From: Mobula hypostoma
Lineage: Eukaryota
Direction of reading: 5' to 3'
Length of the DNA stretch: 64,000 nucleotides
Assembly (NCBI RefSeq): GCF_963921235.1
Contig: NC_086097.1
Location: 86,182,001 to 86,246,000, forward strand
The notes below the pieces were generated by a model that saw nothing but the letters and a program-made list of their open reading frames with translations, made no database searches and was not told where the DNA came from. This document shows, one piece after another, positions 1 to 13,442 of the stretch (within the stretch, counting starts at the first letter, position 1; the number at the start of each line of letters is the position of its first letter). Position numbers and translations under genes: made by a program.

Positions 1-74
1 TAAAGATATGTTCTGCACATATTTGTGGGCCGAAGGGCTTGTATTGTGATGTAGGTTTTCTATGTTTCTATGTT
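1..74 (+). mobile_element. CR1 LINE 3' tail (runs off window start)
   Basis: GTGGGCCGAAGGGCTTGTATTGTG...TAGGTTTTCTATGTTTCTATGTT, the same hairpin plus (TTCTATGT)n tail seen reverse-complemented at 4411-4470 and 27041-27090. Confidence 0.65.
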
Positions 75-954
75 AATATGATTTGCTTTGCTTTTTTGCT
101 CTGAGCATTACACAATTAGGAATCACAATTATTTCCAAAGTGAAAGTTATGCCGAGCAGAATAACGTCTTCCCTTGTCTGGAACAGCCATGATGTAATTT
201 TCTCCAAGCTATTGATGGTAACCACTATATCACAGCATTATCTCTGCCAGAATTCCTCACCCTTAACCAACACATTCTGAAGTCATTGTTGACCTCCCTG
301 TGCCCAACACCTGAACCCTGATTCTCCTAGTCACTTGACCTTCAGATCCACAACTCCGATGATTCTCCTGAACACTCAACCCTGCAATCCTTCTACCCTC
401 TACCTCCTAATTCATCAGCCTTCGTCATCTCTCCCCAATACACAGCCCTGGTCTGTTCTAAAGTCCTCACTTTTCCCTTAATTTGTCCATGGCCATCGTC
501 TCCCAGAATACCTTGCTTCTACCCTCAGTCCTGATTCCTGTCGGTATGTTTCCATTAGCATTTTCATTGAACCTTGGAAGCAATTAAAGTTTGTACTTGC
601 AGTGGTGTTGGTGGGGAGGTGGGTGGAGGTCCATGATTTAGAGTGTCATTGGCTTTCCATTGTAATACTCATCTAGCACATCCATTTAGGTACACTCACC
701 TTTTCAGGTCCAGAACCTTTTGTCAGGAGTTGTAAGGGCTTCCAGCACTTTCTTTAGTTCAGGTTCACAGAGTTACTGCTGTATCAAAAAAAGCACCACA
801 TCAAATGTTTCAACAACTGGATGCAACTACATTTCTGAAACTCACTCAGAAATATGAAATAATAACAGGGGTTTCCTTTATGATCACCTTGAACTAAGGG
901 AATTTTTTAGCTACTGCAACCTGATTAGTTCTTTAGAACCACAAGAGGTTCTGC

Positions 955-1035
955 TGATGAAGATGCTGGAAGAAATCACCAAGGCAGACTGCGTCTATGG
1001 AGGGGAATAAACTGTTGACATTTCAGGCCAAGACA
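955..1035 (-). mobile_element. Decayed Penelope-like pLTR fragment with hammerhead remnant
   Basis: ATGCTGGAAGAAATCACC...TCTATGGAGGGGAATAAACTGTTGACATTTCAGGCCAAGAC resembles the pLTR arms at 17803-17900 and 54781-54880. Confidence 0.5.
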
Positions 1036-1134
1036 GAGAAGAAAACAAAATTTGGGAGCAAGGAGTTTTCACTGACTGAAGAGCCGGAATAAATTACAAA
1101 GATTGAAGGATGAGGCCACAGAATGTTTTGATAG

Positions 1135-1456
1135 GGCAGCACAGTATTATCATGTTGGTATAACACTTGGCAGTACCAGCGATTATGGTTGAATTCCCAC
1201 CTCTGTCTGTAAGGAGTTTGTATCTTAACCCCATGACAGCATTTGTTCTTCCGGGTGCCCAAGTTTCCTCCCACATTCCTGATATCCAGGTTAGAGTTAG
1301 TAAGTTGTGAGCATGCTATGTTGGCATCGGAAGCATAGTGCCACTTGCAAGCTGCCCTCAGCACATCCTTGGACTCTGTAGGCTGTTGACACAGACAATG
1401 TACTTTGCTTTATGTTTCAATGTTCCCATGTACATATGAACAATAAAGCTAATCTT
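1135..1456 (+). mobile_element. tRNA-derived V-SINE/HE1-like SINE
   Basis: B-box-like GGTTGAATTCC, then V-domain-like CTGTAAGGAGTTTGTA...CCGGGTGCCCAAGTTTCCTCCCACATTCC, ending AATAAAGCTAATCTT; related copies at 16128, 44815, 62133 and 63335. Confidence 0.75.
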
Positions 1457-1764
1457 AAAGTAAGAGTGAGGATTTTTAGATGGACCTGTTGCTGATTTAC
1501 ATAAAAAAACACCCGATTACTGATTGAGTAAAAGTTGATGTCAAATGGGATAAAAGACCGAGGATTTGATAAGCTCAGGCTAAAGGAAGCCAGCCAGGAG
1601 AATGTTGAACAGTCAATCTAAAGATAGCAAAGGCCCGATGAAGAATTCATTGGAGAGAATCAAAAAGAGAGGTGTGATTGAGGTGGATTTATTTAGTTTT
1701 GGAGATGGAGTAGATATATTAGAGCTATTCACAGCAGTGTAGATGTGTGCTATGTTTCTATATA

Positions 1765-2540
1765 CACATAATGGCCACTTTATTAGGTACAGCTATGGAA
1801 CCTGGTGTCATCTTCTACTGCTGTAGTTCATCCACTTCAAGCTTTGATATGTTGCACATTCAGAGATACTCTTCTGCACCACTACTGTTGTAACACATGG
1901 TTGTTTAAGTTACTGTCACCTTCCTGTCAACTTGAACCAGTCTGGTCTTTATCCTCTGACCTCTCTTTTTAACAAGGCATTTTTGCCCACAGAACTGCCA
2001 CTCTCTGGATATTTTTGTTTGTTTTTCACACTATTCTCTGTGAACTCCAGAGAACGTTGTGCATGAAAATCCCAGGAAATCAGCAGTTTATGAGATACTC
2101 AAAATATCCCACTGACACCAGCAATCATTCCACAGGGTCAATTATATCACATTTCTTTCCTGTTGTGTATTTGATATTTCAATAATATTTGTATATGTAT
2201 TGATTGATTAAGCATTCTTGTTTGTTTAAATAATTCTTTAAAGTTATATGGATAAATGCATGAATTGCATACATAATCACACAAACATGTTATACATGCA
2301 CGCCTCACTTAAAGTAAAACGAAGTTAGACTCATACTTCAGACTCCTGTGTCTTCCCTTGATTAATGTTTTGAAGTTACAAAATGTAACATTTCTCATTC
2401 CGATGTTTGGTCTGAACAACTGAACCTCTTGCCTATGCTTGCATGCTTTTATGCATTGAGTTGTTGCACCTGATTGGCTGATTAGATATTTACATTAGCA
2501 AGCAGGTATATAGGTGCACTGAAAAACTGGTCACTGAGTG
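1765..2540. mobile_element. Non-autonomous Tc1-like DNA transposon interrupted by a solo LTR
   Basis: Degenerate TIRs: TA|CACATAATGGCCACTTTATTAGGTAC ... GTGCACTGAAAAACTGGTCACTGAGTG. Confidence 0.65.
2161..2390 (+). mobile_element. Solo LTR of the Gypsy family found at 45537-51529
   Basis: TG...CA termini (TGTTGTGTATTTGATATTTC ... GAAGTTACAAAATGTAACA); flanks TTTCC/TTTCT (4/5 TSD); colinear with reverse complements of 45537-45746 and 51307-51529. Confidence 0.8.
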
Positions 2541-2544
2541 TTTG

Positions 2545-2838
2545 ATTTATTTAGTGATACAGAGTGGAGTAGGTCCTCCCAGCCCTTCGAGACAAGCCAT
2601 CCCAGAACCCACTGATAAACCTGATTAACCCTAAACTAAATCACGGGACAAATTTCAATGACCAATTAACCTACCTGGTATGTCTTTGGACTGTAGGAGG
2701 AAACCAGAGGACCTGGAGAAAACCCACACTTTTCACGAGGAAGACGTAAAGAGACTCCTTAAAGAATGATGCTGGAATTGAACTCAGAAACACCTCAAGC
2801 TATAACAGTGTGCGCTAACTTCTACACTGCCATGGCAT
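2545..2838 (-). mobile_element. V-SINE/HE1-like SINE with CR1-type tail
   Basis: GGAGGAAACCAGAGGACCTGGAGAAAACCCAC is the reverse V-domain; GGAATTGAACTC reverse B box; (TTTA) tail at left. Confidence 0.7.
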
Positions 2839-4410
2839 CCATATATAAATTGTATTTAACACACAGAAAATTCTAAATGATATTATGTGATGTCACTTAA
2901 CACACAGAATTCCATAAAAATGAAATAACCATAGCTCCAGCATCTACTGTTTCTTTTCTTTTGATAACTCTTGCTTTCTGGTATTGAACTCCACAACCTT
3001 GGCAGTTATAAATGACACCATCAAATGAAGAGTAAGGTTCTTCAAAAATAGTTTTATTTATTATTTAACATCTGCATGTCATCATTTAGTAACAGGCTCA
3101 AGGTTGTAGCTCCCAGGATTCAGATTACATTTTTCAGTAACTGAATTGAGCAAGATTTCAAATATTCCCTTTGAGTGCTTCACAATCCTGTAACATTCCC
3201 GCAGGCACTATTCATCTTTGACTTTTATACGTAGGCTTAAAACTATTCAAAAACATTTCACATAAAATTGCTTAGAAGAAAACTTCCATCCAGTTGGAAT
3301 TAAGATTAAAGTTTAAGGGAATGAACTGTATGCTGAAAAGTTTTACTTCAGGCCAAATTTTATTTTGGAGAATTTTTTACCTTTCCTTTCTCAAAGGTGC
3401 CAGTTTACATTGGGTACAGATGGACACTGCAGCCGTTAATACCTCAGTGGTCCTTCATCATATGGGACTCTGGCCTTCACATCCCAGTGGTTGGTGAAAG
3501 GTAGTTAACTGCACGCAGATGGATGAGTGCTATGTTCTCTGCAGTCAACAGATGCACGCCTGCAAGCATGCACACACGTCTGCACATAATAGTACCCATT
3601 TATCCAAGAAACACAAATCAACCCACACTCAGACTTACACTTACAGATCCACCCAACCACCGAGCACATACGCAAAAACACCCCCACCCACATACTCACG
3701 TTCATCCCTTCTTGTGAGCTCACACACAGACGGAAAACATGTTTTTGCCTTCATAACCTGGCTGCCAGCAATGCTGCAGCTAACACAAAAACTATAGGTT
3801 AATGTTGTTGATGTGTGTGTTTGCATGCACATGCATACGTGGTGTTTTTACCCATGAAGTAGGAAACTTTTTAATAAAGTATCTCAATTAGTGAAAGAGT
3901 TAAACAATCTGTCAAATGAGTCTTACCATTTCTGTGCTCAAAAACCAGAGTGATCCAAATTCACAAGTGTTCTTAAAATAATCTGCTTCCAATATGCATC
4001 TTAATTAATAGCTTGATTGATGATTTTCTCCTTGGACAGTAATACTAAATGTCTGTGATTAGTTCACTGTGAAAAATGTGACTTGGAGGCACTAATATGC
4101 AAAGTCAATTTCATGCCAAAATATAATTCTGCTGAGCTCTAATAGCGAAAGACCACAAAGGATAGTTCCACCTCAGGATGATTTTACATATGGCATATTA
4201 CATTCTATAAAGCATACAGCGCAGAAACAAAACCATTCAGCCCAACTATTTGGTGATAGCAATTATATTCTTTGCTGATATTCTCCTGTTACATGTACAC
4301 CAATTCAATCTATCAGAAATGTTTCCATCTTAGCATATTTTCATGTCACCAATTTCACTCAACTACTTTCTAAACAGGTCAATTCCACGTTCCAAACACA
4401 AGCTAAGCAA

Positions 4411-7400
4411 AGAAATAGAAACATAGCAAACATACAGCAAAATACAGGCCCTTCGGCCCACAAAGCTGTGCCGAACATGTCCCTACCTTAGAACTACCTA
4501 GGCTTTACCCATAGCCCTCTATTCTTTAAGCTCCATGTAGCCATCCAGAAGACTCTTAAAAGACCCTATCATTTCCACCTCCACCACTGCCACCAGCAGC
4601 CCATTCCACGCACGCACCACTCTCTGCGTAAAAAACATATCCCTGACATCTCCTCTGTACCAACTTCCAAGCACCTTAGCCCCTCTCATGCTAACCATTT
4701 CAGCCCTAGGGAAAAGCCTCTGACTAGCCACACGATCAATGTCTCTCATTATCTTGTATACCTCTGTCAAGTCACCTGTCATCCTCCATCGCTCCAAAGA
4801 GAAAAGGCCAAGTTCAATCAACCTATTCTCATAAGGCATGCTCCCCAATCCAGGCAACATCCCTGTAAATCTCCTCTGCACTCTTTCTATGGTTTCCACG
4901 TACTTCCTATAGTGAGGCGACCAGAACGGAGCACAGTACCCCAAGTGGGGTCTGACCAGGGTCCTAAATAGCTGCAACATTACCTCCCATGACTGATGAA
5001 GGCCAATGCACCGTATGCCTTCTTAACCACAGAGTCACCCTGCGCAGCAGCTTTGAGTGTCCTATGGACTCTGACCCCAAGATCCCTCTGATCCTCCACA
5101 CTGCCAAGAGTCTTACCATTAATACTATATTCTGCCATCATATTTGACCTACCAAAATAAACCACCTCACACTTATCTGGGTTGAACTCCATCTGCCTCT
5201 TCTCAGCCCAGTTTTGCATCCTATCAATGTCCTGCTGTAACCTCTGACAGCCATCCACACTATCCACAGCACACCCAATCTTTGCGTCATCAGTAAATTT
5301 ACTAACCCATTCCTCCACTTCCTCATCCAGGTCATTTATAAAAATCACTAAGAGTAGGGGCGCCAGAACAGATCCCTGAGGCACGCCACTTGTCACCGTC
5401 CTCCATGCAGAATATGACTCATCTACAACCACTCTTTGCCTTCTGTGGGCCAGTTCTGGATTCACGAAGCAATACCCCCTTGGATCCCATGCCTCCTTAC
5501 CTTCTCAATAAGCCTTGCATCGTGTACCTTATCAAATGCCTTGTTAAAATCCATGTACACTACATCTACGGCTCTACCTTCATCAATGTGCTTAGTCACA
5601 TTCTCAAAAAATTCGATCAGGCTCATAAGGCACAACCTGACTGTGACAAAGCCATGCTGACTATTCCTAATCATATTATGCCTCTCCAAATGTTCATAAA
5701 TCCTGCCTCTTGGGATCTTCTCTATCAACTTACCAACCACTGAAGTAAGACTCACTGGCCTATAATTTCCTGGGCTGTCCCTACGCCCATTCTTGAATAA
5801 GAGAACAACATCCACAACTTTCCAATCCTCCGGAACCTCTCCCGTCCTCATTGATGGTGCAAAGATCATTGCCAGAGACTCAGCAACCTCCTCCCTCACC
5901 TCCCACAGTAGCCTGGGGTACATCCCGTCCGGTCCTGGTGACTTATCCAACTTGATGCTTTCCAAAAGCTCCAGCATATCCTCATTCTTAATATCCACAT
6001 TCTCAAGCTTTTCAGTCCACTGCAAGTCATCCCTACAATCACCAAGATCCTTTTCTGTAGTGAATACTGAAGCAAAGTATTCATTAATTACCTCCGCTAT
6101 TTCTTCTATTTCCATACACATTTTTCCATTGTCACACTTGGTTGGTCCTATTCTCTCATGTCTTATCCTCTTGCTCTTCACATACTTCTAGAATGCCTTA
6201 GGGTTTTCCTCAGTCTGGTCCACCAAGGCCTTCTCATAGCCCCTTCTGGCTCTCCTAATTTCATTCTTAAAATCCTTCCTGCTAGCCTTATAATCTTCTA
6301 GATTCATATCATTATCTGGTTTTTTGAACCTTTCGTATGCTCTTCTTTTCTTCTTGACTAGATTTACAACAGCTTTTGTGCACCACAGATCTTGTACCCT
6401 ACCAACTTTTCCATGTCTCATTGGAACGTACCTACTCAGAACCCCACGCAAATATCCCCTGAACATTTGCCACATTTCTTCCGTACGTTTCCCTGAGAAC
6501 ATCTGTTTCCAATTTATGCCTCCAAGTTCCTGCCTGATAGCCTCATATTTCCCCTTACTCCAATTAAACGTTTCCCTAACTTGCCTGTTCCTATCCCTCT
6601 CCAATGCTATGGTAAAGGGGATAGGATTGTGATCACTATCTGCAAATGCTCTCCCACTGAGAGACCTGACACCTGACCAGGTTCATTTCCCAATAACAGA
6701 TCAAGTACAACCTCTCCTCTTGTAGGCTTATCTACATATTGTGTCAAGAAACCTTCCTGAACACACATAATAAACTCCACCCCATCTAATCCCCTCACTC
6801 TAGGGAGATGCCAATATTTGGGAAATTAAAATCTATTAAAATCTCCCACCACAACGACCCTGTTATTGTTAGTCCTTTCCAGAATCTGTCTCCCTATCTG
6901 CTTCTCGATGTCCCTGTTACTATTGGGTGGTCTATAAAAAACACCCAGTAGAGTTATTGACCCCTTCCTATTCCTAACCTCCACCCACAGAGATTCTGTA
7001 GACAACCCCTCCATGACACCCTCCTTTTCTGCAGCCTTGACACTATCTCTGATCAACAGTGCCATGCCCACATCTCTTTTGCCTCCCTCCCTGTCCCTTC
7101 TGAAACACCTAAAGCCTGGCACTTGAAGTAGCCATTCCTGCCCCTGCACCATCCAAGTCTCTGTAATGGCCACAACATCATAGCTCCAAGTGCTGATCCA
7201 CGCTCTAAGTTCATCAGCTTTATTCATGATACTCCTCGCATTAAAATAGACACATCTCAAACCATTGAACTGAGAGCGTCCCTTCTTTATCACCTGCCTA
7301 TCCTTCCTTTCGCGCTGTCTCCAAACTTTCTCTATTTGTGAGTCAACCTCCCTTTCCTCCGTCACTTCAGTTCCGTTCCCACCCCCCAGAGATTCTAGTT

Positions 7401-8058
7401 TAAACTCTTCCCAATAGCCTTAGCAAACATCCCTGTCAGGATATTGGTCCCCTTGGATTTAAGCGCAACCCCCTTTTTGTGCAGGTCACGCCTGCCCCAG
7501 AAGAGGTCCCAATGATCCAGAAAACTGAATCCCTGCCCCCTGCTCCAATCCCTCAGCCACGCATTTATCCTCCACCTCATTCTATTCTTATACTCACCGT
7601 CACATGGTACAGGCAGTAATCCCAACTTCTCAACTTCTTTCCTAACTCCCTGTAGTCTTTTTTCAGGATCTCCTCCCTTTTCTACCTATGCCGTTGATAT
7701 CAATATGTACCATGATCTCTGGCTGTTCTCTTTCCTACTTCAAGATATAGTTGATGCGATCAGAAACATCCCAGACCCTGGCACCTGGAACGCAAACTAC
7801 CATCTGCATTTCTTTCCTGCATCCACAGAATCGCCTATCTGACCCTCTAACTATAGAGTCCCCTATGACTGCTGCCATTCTCTTTGTTTCCCTACCCTTC
7901 TGAGCCACAGGTCCAGTCTCTGTGCCAGAGGCGTGACCACTGTTGCTTCCCCCAGTTAGGCCATTCCCCCCCCAACAGTACTCAAGCAGGAATACTTATT
8001 GTTAAGGGGGGCAGCCACTGGGGTACTCTCTAGTTTCTGCTTCTTGCCCATCCCTCTC
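4411..8058 (-). mobile_element. CR1 LINE, ~3.6 kb, ORF1 (SGNH esterase C-half) plus ORF2 (APE endonuclease, RT), frameshifted
   Basis: ORF1 AVIGDSIVRG (~7875-7845) and [63 protein letters not shown]; 3' tail AGAAACATAG repeats at 4411. Confidence 0.95.
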
Positions 8059-8349
8059 AGTTTCTTACTTAGTACATTCGTGTGTACTTTTTATGCATTG
8101 CTCTTTCAAAATATTTAGGAAATTCTTCGGCTAATTAGTCAGCCAACGTTTTGAGTTGTATACATTGACACATTTTGTATGATTGGAACAATTGATTAAC
8201 TAAATACAAGGCCAGTATCTTACATAGCAGGCACAGTAGTGCTAACAATTGGAATGCACAAACGTTTGGTGCATAGATGTATGTTAAAGATAGCAATATG
8301 CAAAATCTTAAGTCAGCAAAAGAAAAAATAGCCACAAAATTGGGACATT

Positions 8350-8560
8350 AAACACAATGCTAGCAACACTAAGCAGGCCAGGCAACATCTGTAAGAAGAG
8401 AAATAGAGTTAAGGTTGGAGACTCTTCATCAGAACTGTTCTGATAATGAGTTCTTAACTTGAAAGGTTAATTCTTTTTGTCTCATCATAGATACTGTTTG
8501 ATCTGTTGAGTATTTCCAGGACTTCATGTGTTTTTTTTCAGATTTCCAGCATCTGCTGCA
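8350..8560. mobile_element. Old Penelope-derived fold-back element with decayed twin hammerheads
   Basis: Left arm ATGCTAGCAACACTAAGCAGGCCAGGCAACATCTG...CTCTTCATCAGAAC; centre symmetric around CAGAACTGTTCTG; right arm ends GATTTCCAGCATCTGC like other pLTR 3' ends. Confidence 0.55.
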
Positions 8561-9944
8561 TCTTTCATTTTCATTTACTGACGAATTCACTTTCACTTTT
8601 CTTTTAGGAATGCTAGTCTTGAAGACGTTCTCTGCTCTCTAGCGGGACTTCTGTTTGTCTCATTTGCCTTGTTCAACCTCAGCCTTCTCGCTTTCTCTTC
8701 AAGTTCTTTTTCTCTCTTTCCTTTCTAATCTTCAAATGGTATTGGCCAAAACACAGCTACATTTCCTTCCTTTGCAAATGTCTTCAGCTAGCTCCAACTC
8801 ATACACATGGATTTCCAATCAAATTCCAGCCTTCACTATACATGCCCGCCAAGGATCACGGGAATATTTAAACTGTCCAGCAATTGCAAGGCACTGTACA
8901 TATCACATCCTGACATCCACCCCTAATGCCATGCATCAATACGTGCATGCTCTGTCAACAACACCAACACAGTTCATCTCAAAGCTGGCACAGTCTGTGG
9001 AACAATATTACTCCTCACAACATTTGGTGTGCAACAGACACTTTTCTTACATTTCAGATGTTAAAACATAACTAATGGGTTTGAATCTTCATGGTGATTT
9101 CACTCTCCCTTCAAATCACCATCTCTCTCCTAAGTTCCTTCCTGGGCTCCAGCATAAACTGAGCTTGCATTTCTTGCAACTTGAAAGATTATATGTGTTT
9201 AAATCAAAACATTCAAACAGTAATCTATTGCTGTATAGAATGAGTAAAAGAATGCTGTATGGGCCTGGCAATGTAAGACTAGGATCGTGGTATTGGATTT
9301 AATGCTAGATCTTTCAGCATTTTAGTAAAGCAGATGTTTCTACATGCAAAGTAAGGCAAAAGTTGGAAACCTTCTTCTGCAAACATCAATCAGTGTAAAT
9401 TCCATTCATTGTTAAGTTTAATTCTGAAATTATCCAATTTTTGTTGATGAAAGTCACTGAGAAATGCAGGACGATTGCAAATATAAATCAGTTACAATCT
9501 TAATGGTTCGCCTGCATTCAATGTTTAACTCAATGTTATTTTACTATATTTTTCCTATAACACTTGTAATTATAGTGAAAATAAATCTATGTCATACCAT
9601 ATGCTTCAGTCGGTACTCTCCCTTGTTTCTGTCCAGTCCTGAGGTAGTAACGAAAAATACACCTTTTGTATATTGAGAGAGCTCTGGTCGATTTCTCCAC
9701 CAAATTCACTTGCTATCTGTATTATTCTGGACTTCTTCTCATCCAATTGCCATTCTTGTTCCTTATAAAAAATATTTACTTGCTTAATGCATTTTCTTTT
9801 ACAACTTTGTTGTTTTCTTTCAGTGGTGATAATATCTCATTCAATGGCAGAAGATCCATGGGTCAGATCTGTGGAAAAAATAAAGGGCTGGGTCTTTAAT
9901 GTGTATTATTTACACCTCCAGAAAGGATCTCACTGACTATTGAA

Positions 9945-10398
9945 GTTCAATGGCGATAACATCATGAAGTTCCCAACTTCTATATTCGAGTCATCATTGA
10001 TCAAAACCTCATTGGGAAAACTAACATAAAATACTGTGTTTACAAGAGCAGGTCAGATGCTTGGTAGCTGCCAGATCCAAAGCCTTTTCAAAGTACTAGC
10101 TGGGAGTTGTACAGGAATATTCTCCAGCCACCAATTCCAAGTACTCTCATGACATTCAATGTCATTCGTGAAAAACTAGGCAAAGACTGGAGCTTTACCA
10201 TCCATCACCCTAAATATTCCATCCTTTCCACTACCACTGAATCATTTGGTGTAATGTCTACAAAAGGCATTGCAGCTGCTGACAGTTCCAACATCATCTC
10301 CCAAACCTGCCATCTCTACCACCTACTGAAGCCAAGGACAACAGGAACATGACAATGTCACCACCTGCACATGCCCATCCAAGTTATTTGGAAATATA
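9945..10398 (+). mobile_element. Ancient CR1-type LINE 3' fragment
   Basis: Degenerate GTCATCATTGATCAAAACCTC...ACAAGAGCAGGTCAGATGCTTGG and CCTCCAAACC...CTACCACCT...CAAGGACAACAGG; reverse copy at 41885-42170. Confidence 0.5.
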
Positions 10399-10771
10399 TA
10401 CAACGGATTCTAGTTAATTGTGATATATCAGGACTAGTACATTTTGGCCCAATTAGCTGAAGTTTCATGGAACTAGTTAAAAACGTATATAAAAGGACAA
10501 ACTACCATATAACTGAGTAACAAATTATGTATTTAAGTGAAATACAGAACAACTTAGAAGACTACCAAAACTACAGCTGTATATAAAACTGTGTATTAGT
10601 TCCTAATAGTTATTGATGGAGGAATTCACCCAATGTACACAATGAATAAAATTAGCACCTTCATTTCATGCAGGTAATGGACTGCCTTCATACAATGCTA
10701 TCAATGATTGCATCCTCCAAGTCATCATTTTCATTGTAACATTCAAGATGATTGTCAATACCTTCAAATTC

Positions 10772-13396
10772 CTGACAATTCCTGATAAGCTCAAATGCAT
10801 ATGGATGCATCCATGATCTAAGAGCTGGCATCTCATTGACTATGTCATCACCTGACAATGAGACATCGCTGACGTTCGTGTCACCAGAGTTATGCGTGGA
10901 GCTGAGTGCTCAACTGATCATCAAATGATGTGGTCGGATCTATGTCTATCGATCAAACCTCCATGCAGACTGAACACTGCCAAACCACCCAAAAAGCTGA
11001 ACACCACCAAACTGAAACATCGTGAGTGTGCTGATGCCCTGAAATCCTCTATGGAAACTGCTGTAAGCAGACTGGTTGAGAATCCACCAGACGATATTAC
11101 TGACCACTGGAATGTCTTCAAAGAAACGGTCTACAGCGCTGCCCAGGACACCGTGGGGAAAGTCAAGTGCCAACATCAGGACTGCTTTGATGAGAACAAC
11201 CAATCTGTGCAAGAGCTTCTAAGAGCTAAGGCAGCCAGACACCAAGCTCTTCTTCGACACCCAAACTCAAGTTCCAGAAACGTGCCATTTTGAGTGCAAA
11301 ATCAACTTTGCAGAGGCAGCTCAGAGCTATGAAAGACCAGTGGTGGGCGAACAAGGCCAAGGAGTTACAAGCCTTCGCTGACTGTAATGACTCAAGAAGC
11401 TTCTATGAAGCAATCAAGGTTGTGTATGGTCCATCAAAACAAGGCACCTCACAACTCCTGAGCAAGGACAGTATACCCATCTTCACTGAGAAGTCAGAGC
11501 ACATGAAAAGATGGCAAGAACACTTCCGCAAACTGCTGAACAGACCAGGAACCATCACCGATGAAGCACTGGGCAGAGTACACCCTCGACCCATACTGTT
11601 CGAGCTAGATACTCCCCCTACTCTTCATGAGGACATCAAAGCCATCAGACAGCTAAAACCCAACAAAGCACCAGGGCCTGACGGTACCACAACCGAGACC
11701 TACCAGTATGGTGGTCACACACTGACATCATGCCTGCACCAGCTGTTCACAAAGTTGTGGGGAGCTGCAGAACTACCACAAGACTTCAAAGACGCATCAA
11801 TCATGAACATCTACAAGAACAAGGGAGACAAGAGAGACTGCAACAATTACCATGGCATCCCTCTTCTGTCAGTTGCGGGAAAATGCCTCGTGAAGATCAT
11901 CCTTAGACGCTTGGTGTCCAACATCAGCGACAACATCCTTCCAGAAAGCCAGTGTGGTTTTTGAACAGGTCGTAGTACAGTGGGCATGATCTTTTCACTG
12001 AGGCAGCTCCAAGAGAAATGTGTTGAGCAGCAGAGAAGATTCTATGTCACATTTGTTGATCTAACCAAAGTGTTTGACACTGTTGGTAGAGATGGCCTGT
12101 GGAAGCTCCTACCAAAATTCGGTTGTCCCCCAACATCATCTGTCAGTTCCACAAAGGCATGGAAAGCCACATCAACATGTGTGGTGAGTGGTCAGACCCA
12201 TTTTCCATCAGCAATGGCGTAAAACAGGGTTGTGTTCTGGCTCCTACTCTGTTTGGACTATTCTTCGCTGCTGTTCTTCAGGATGCCACATCAGACCTGA
12301 AGTCAGGGGTCTTCCCACAAACGAGGGCTGATGGCGGGCTCCTCAACCTCGCAAGACTGAGAGCAAAAACAGAAGTCAGGGATATCGTGGCGCATGAGCT
12401 GCAGTTTGCTGATGACTGTGCACTGGTTGCCCACTCTCTCGAAGACTTACAGGAGATCACCAGTCGCTTTGCCAGTGCAGCCAAAAGCTTCGGACTGACA
12501 ATCAGCCTGAAAAAGACGGAAGTCTTGTACCAATCGGCTCCTGGCTCAAGCTACGAAGAACCAACTGTCCTCATTGATGACACTCGTCTCAATGCTGTCA
12601 ATAAGTTTTGCTACCTGGGCAGCACAATAACATCCTCAGCTTCTCTGGATGTAGAGATTGAGTCAAGAACCAGAAAAGTCTGCCTTGCCTTTGGTCAGCT
12701 GAAAGATCGAGTTTGATAACAGAACGTCAGGTTGGCCACCAAGTGCAAGGTATACAGGGCCGTTGTCATATCAGCTTTGCTAGACGGATGTGAGACATGG
12801 TGCCCATATCAGAGTCACTTACGCCAGCTTGACCAACTGCAGCAGCATCACCTACGTTCTCTGATGAAGATCACCTGGCGAAACAAGGTCTCCAATACTG
12901 AGGTCCTCTCTCGAGCCGGAATGCCAGCAGTTTCAACCTTGGTGATGTCAGCCCAACTGCGCTGGGCAGGACATGTTGTCAGAATGCCTGACGGAAGACT
13001 GCCCAAGGACAGCTTGTACAGCCAACTGTCCAGTGGTACCCAAAAACGAGGAGGCCAGCGACTACGGTACAAGGATGTTCTGTACAGGAGCCTCAAGAAA
13101 GCTGACATTGCCCCATCAACATGGGAGGATCTGGCTCAAGATCGCTCACGGTGGAGGGACGCCATCAGAAAAGGTGTGGACGCTGCTGAGAACAAGCTCA
13201 ACGAGGCAACAGAGGAAAGGCACAGGAAGTGCCACAACAGAGCTTCTGCCCCTGCTGCCCCTCCAGGCCTCACCTGCCCAGTATGTGGCAAGCAGTCCTG
13301 TACAGCCACTCCAGGACGCACATACCAAACCCCACTAACTGACTGAAAGGAACCATCATCATCCTATGGGATGGATAGCCAGAGAGAGAGAGAGAG
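10772..13396 (+). mobile_element. RTE-clade (BovB-like) LINE, 5'-truncated, frameshifted
   Basis: EN end WHLIDYVI, MRGAECSTDH; RT PESQCGF, FVDLTKVFD, GVKQGCVLAP, LQFADD; C-terminal QLRWAGHVVRM and CPVCGK; (AG)n tail 13381-13396. Confidence 0.95.
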
Positions 13397-13442
13397 TTTC
13401 AATCTTGTTGAAGAAGTGAAATACTTATCTTTACACTTCTCG

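Noticed and set aside
3519..3832. His/Thr- or Cys/Val-rich short ORFs
   Set aside because: Translation artefacts of CA-rich low-complexity sequence; the same applies to 44564-44905.
8540..9200. Lys/Glu/Arg-rich minus-strand frame (KREKELEEKARRLRL...) and the 138-aa + ORF at 8655
   Set aside because: Driven by a pyrimidine-rich tract, bounded by stops, runs into a Penelope relic, no recognisable homology.
9660..9870. Strong minus-strand acceptor (TTTTTTCCACAG) with ATG in good context
   Set aside because: All three frames hit stops early and the donor is weak; it could be UTR but cannot be supported.
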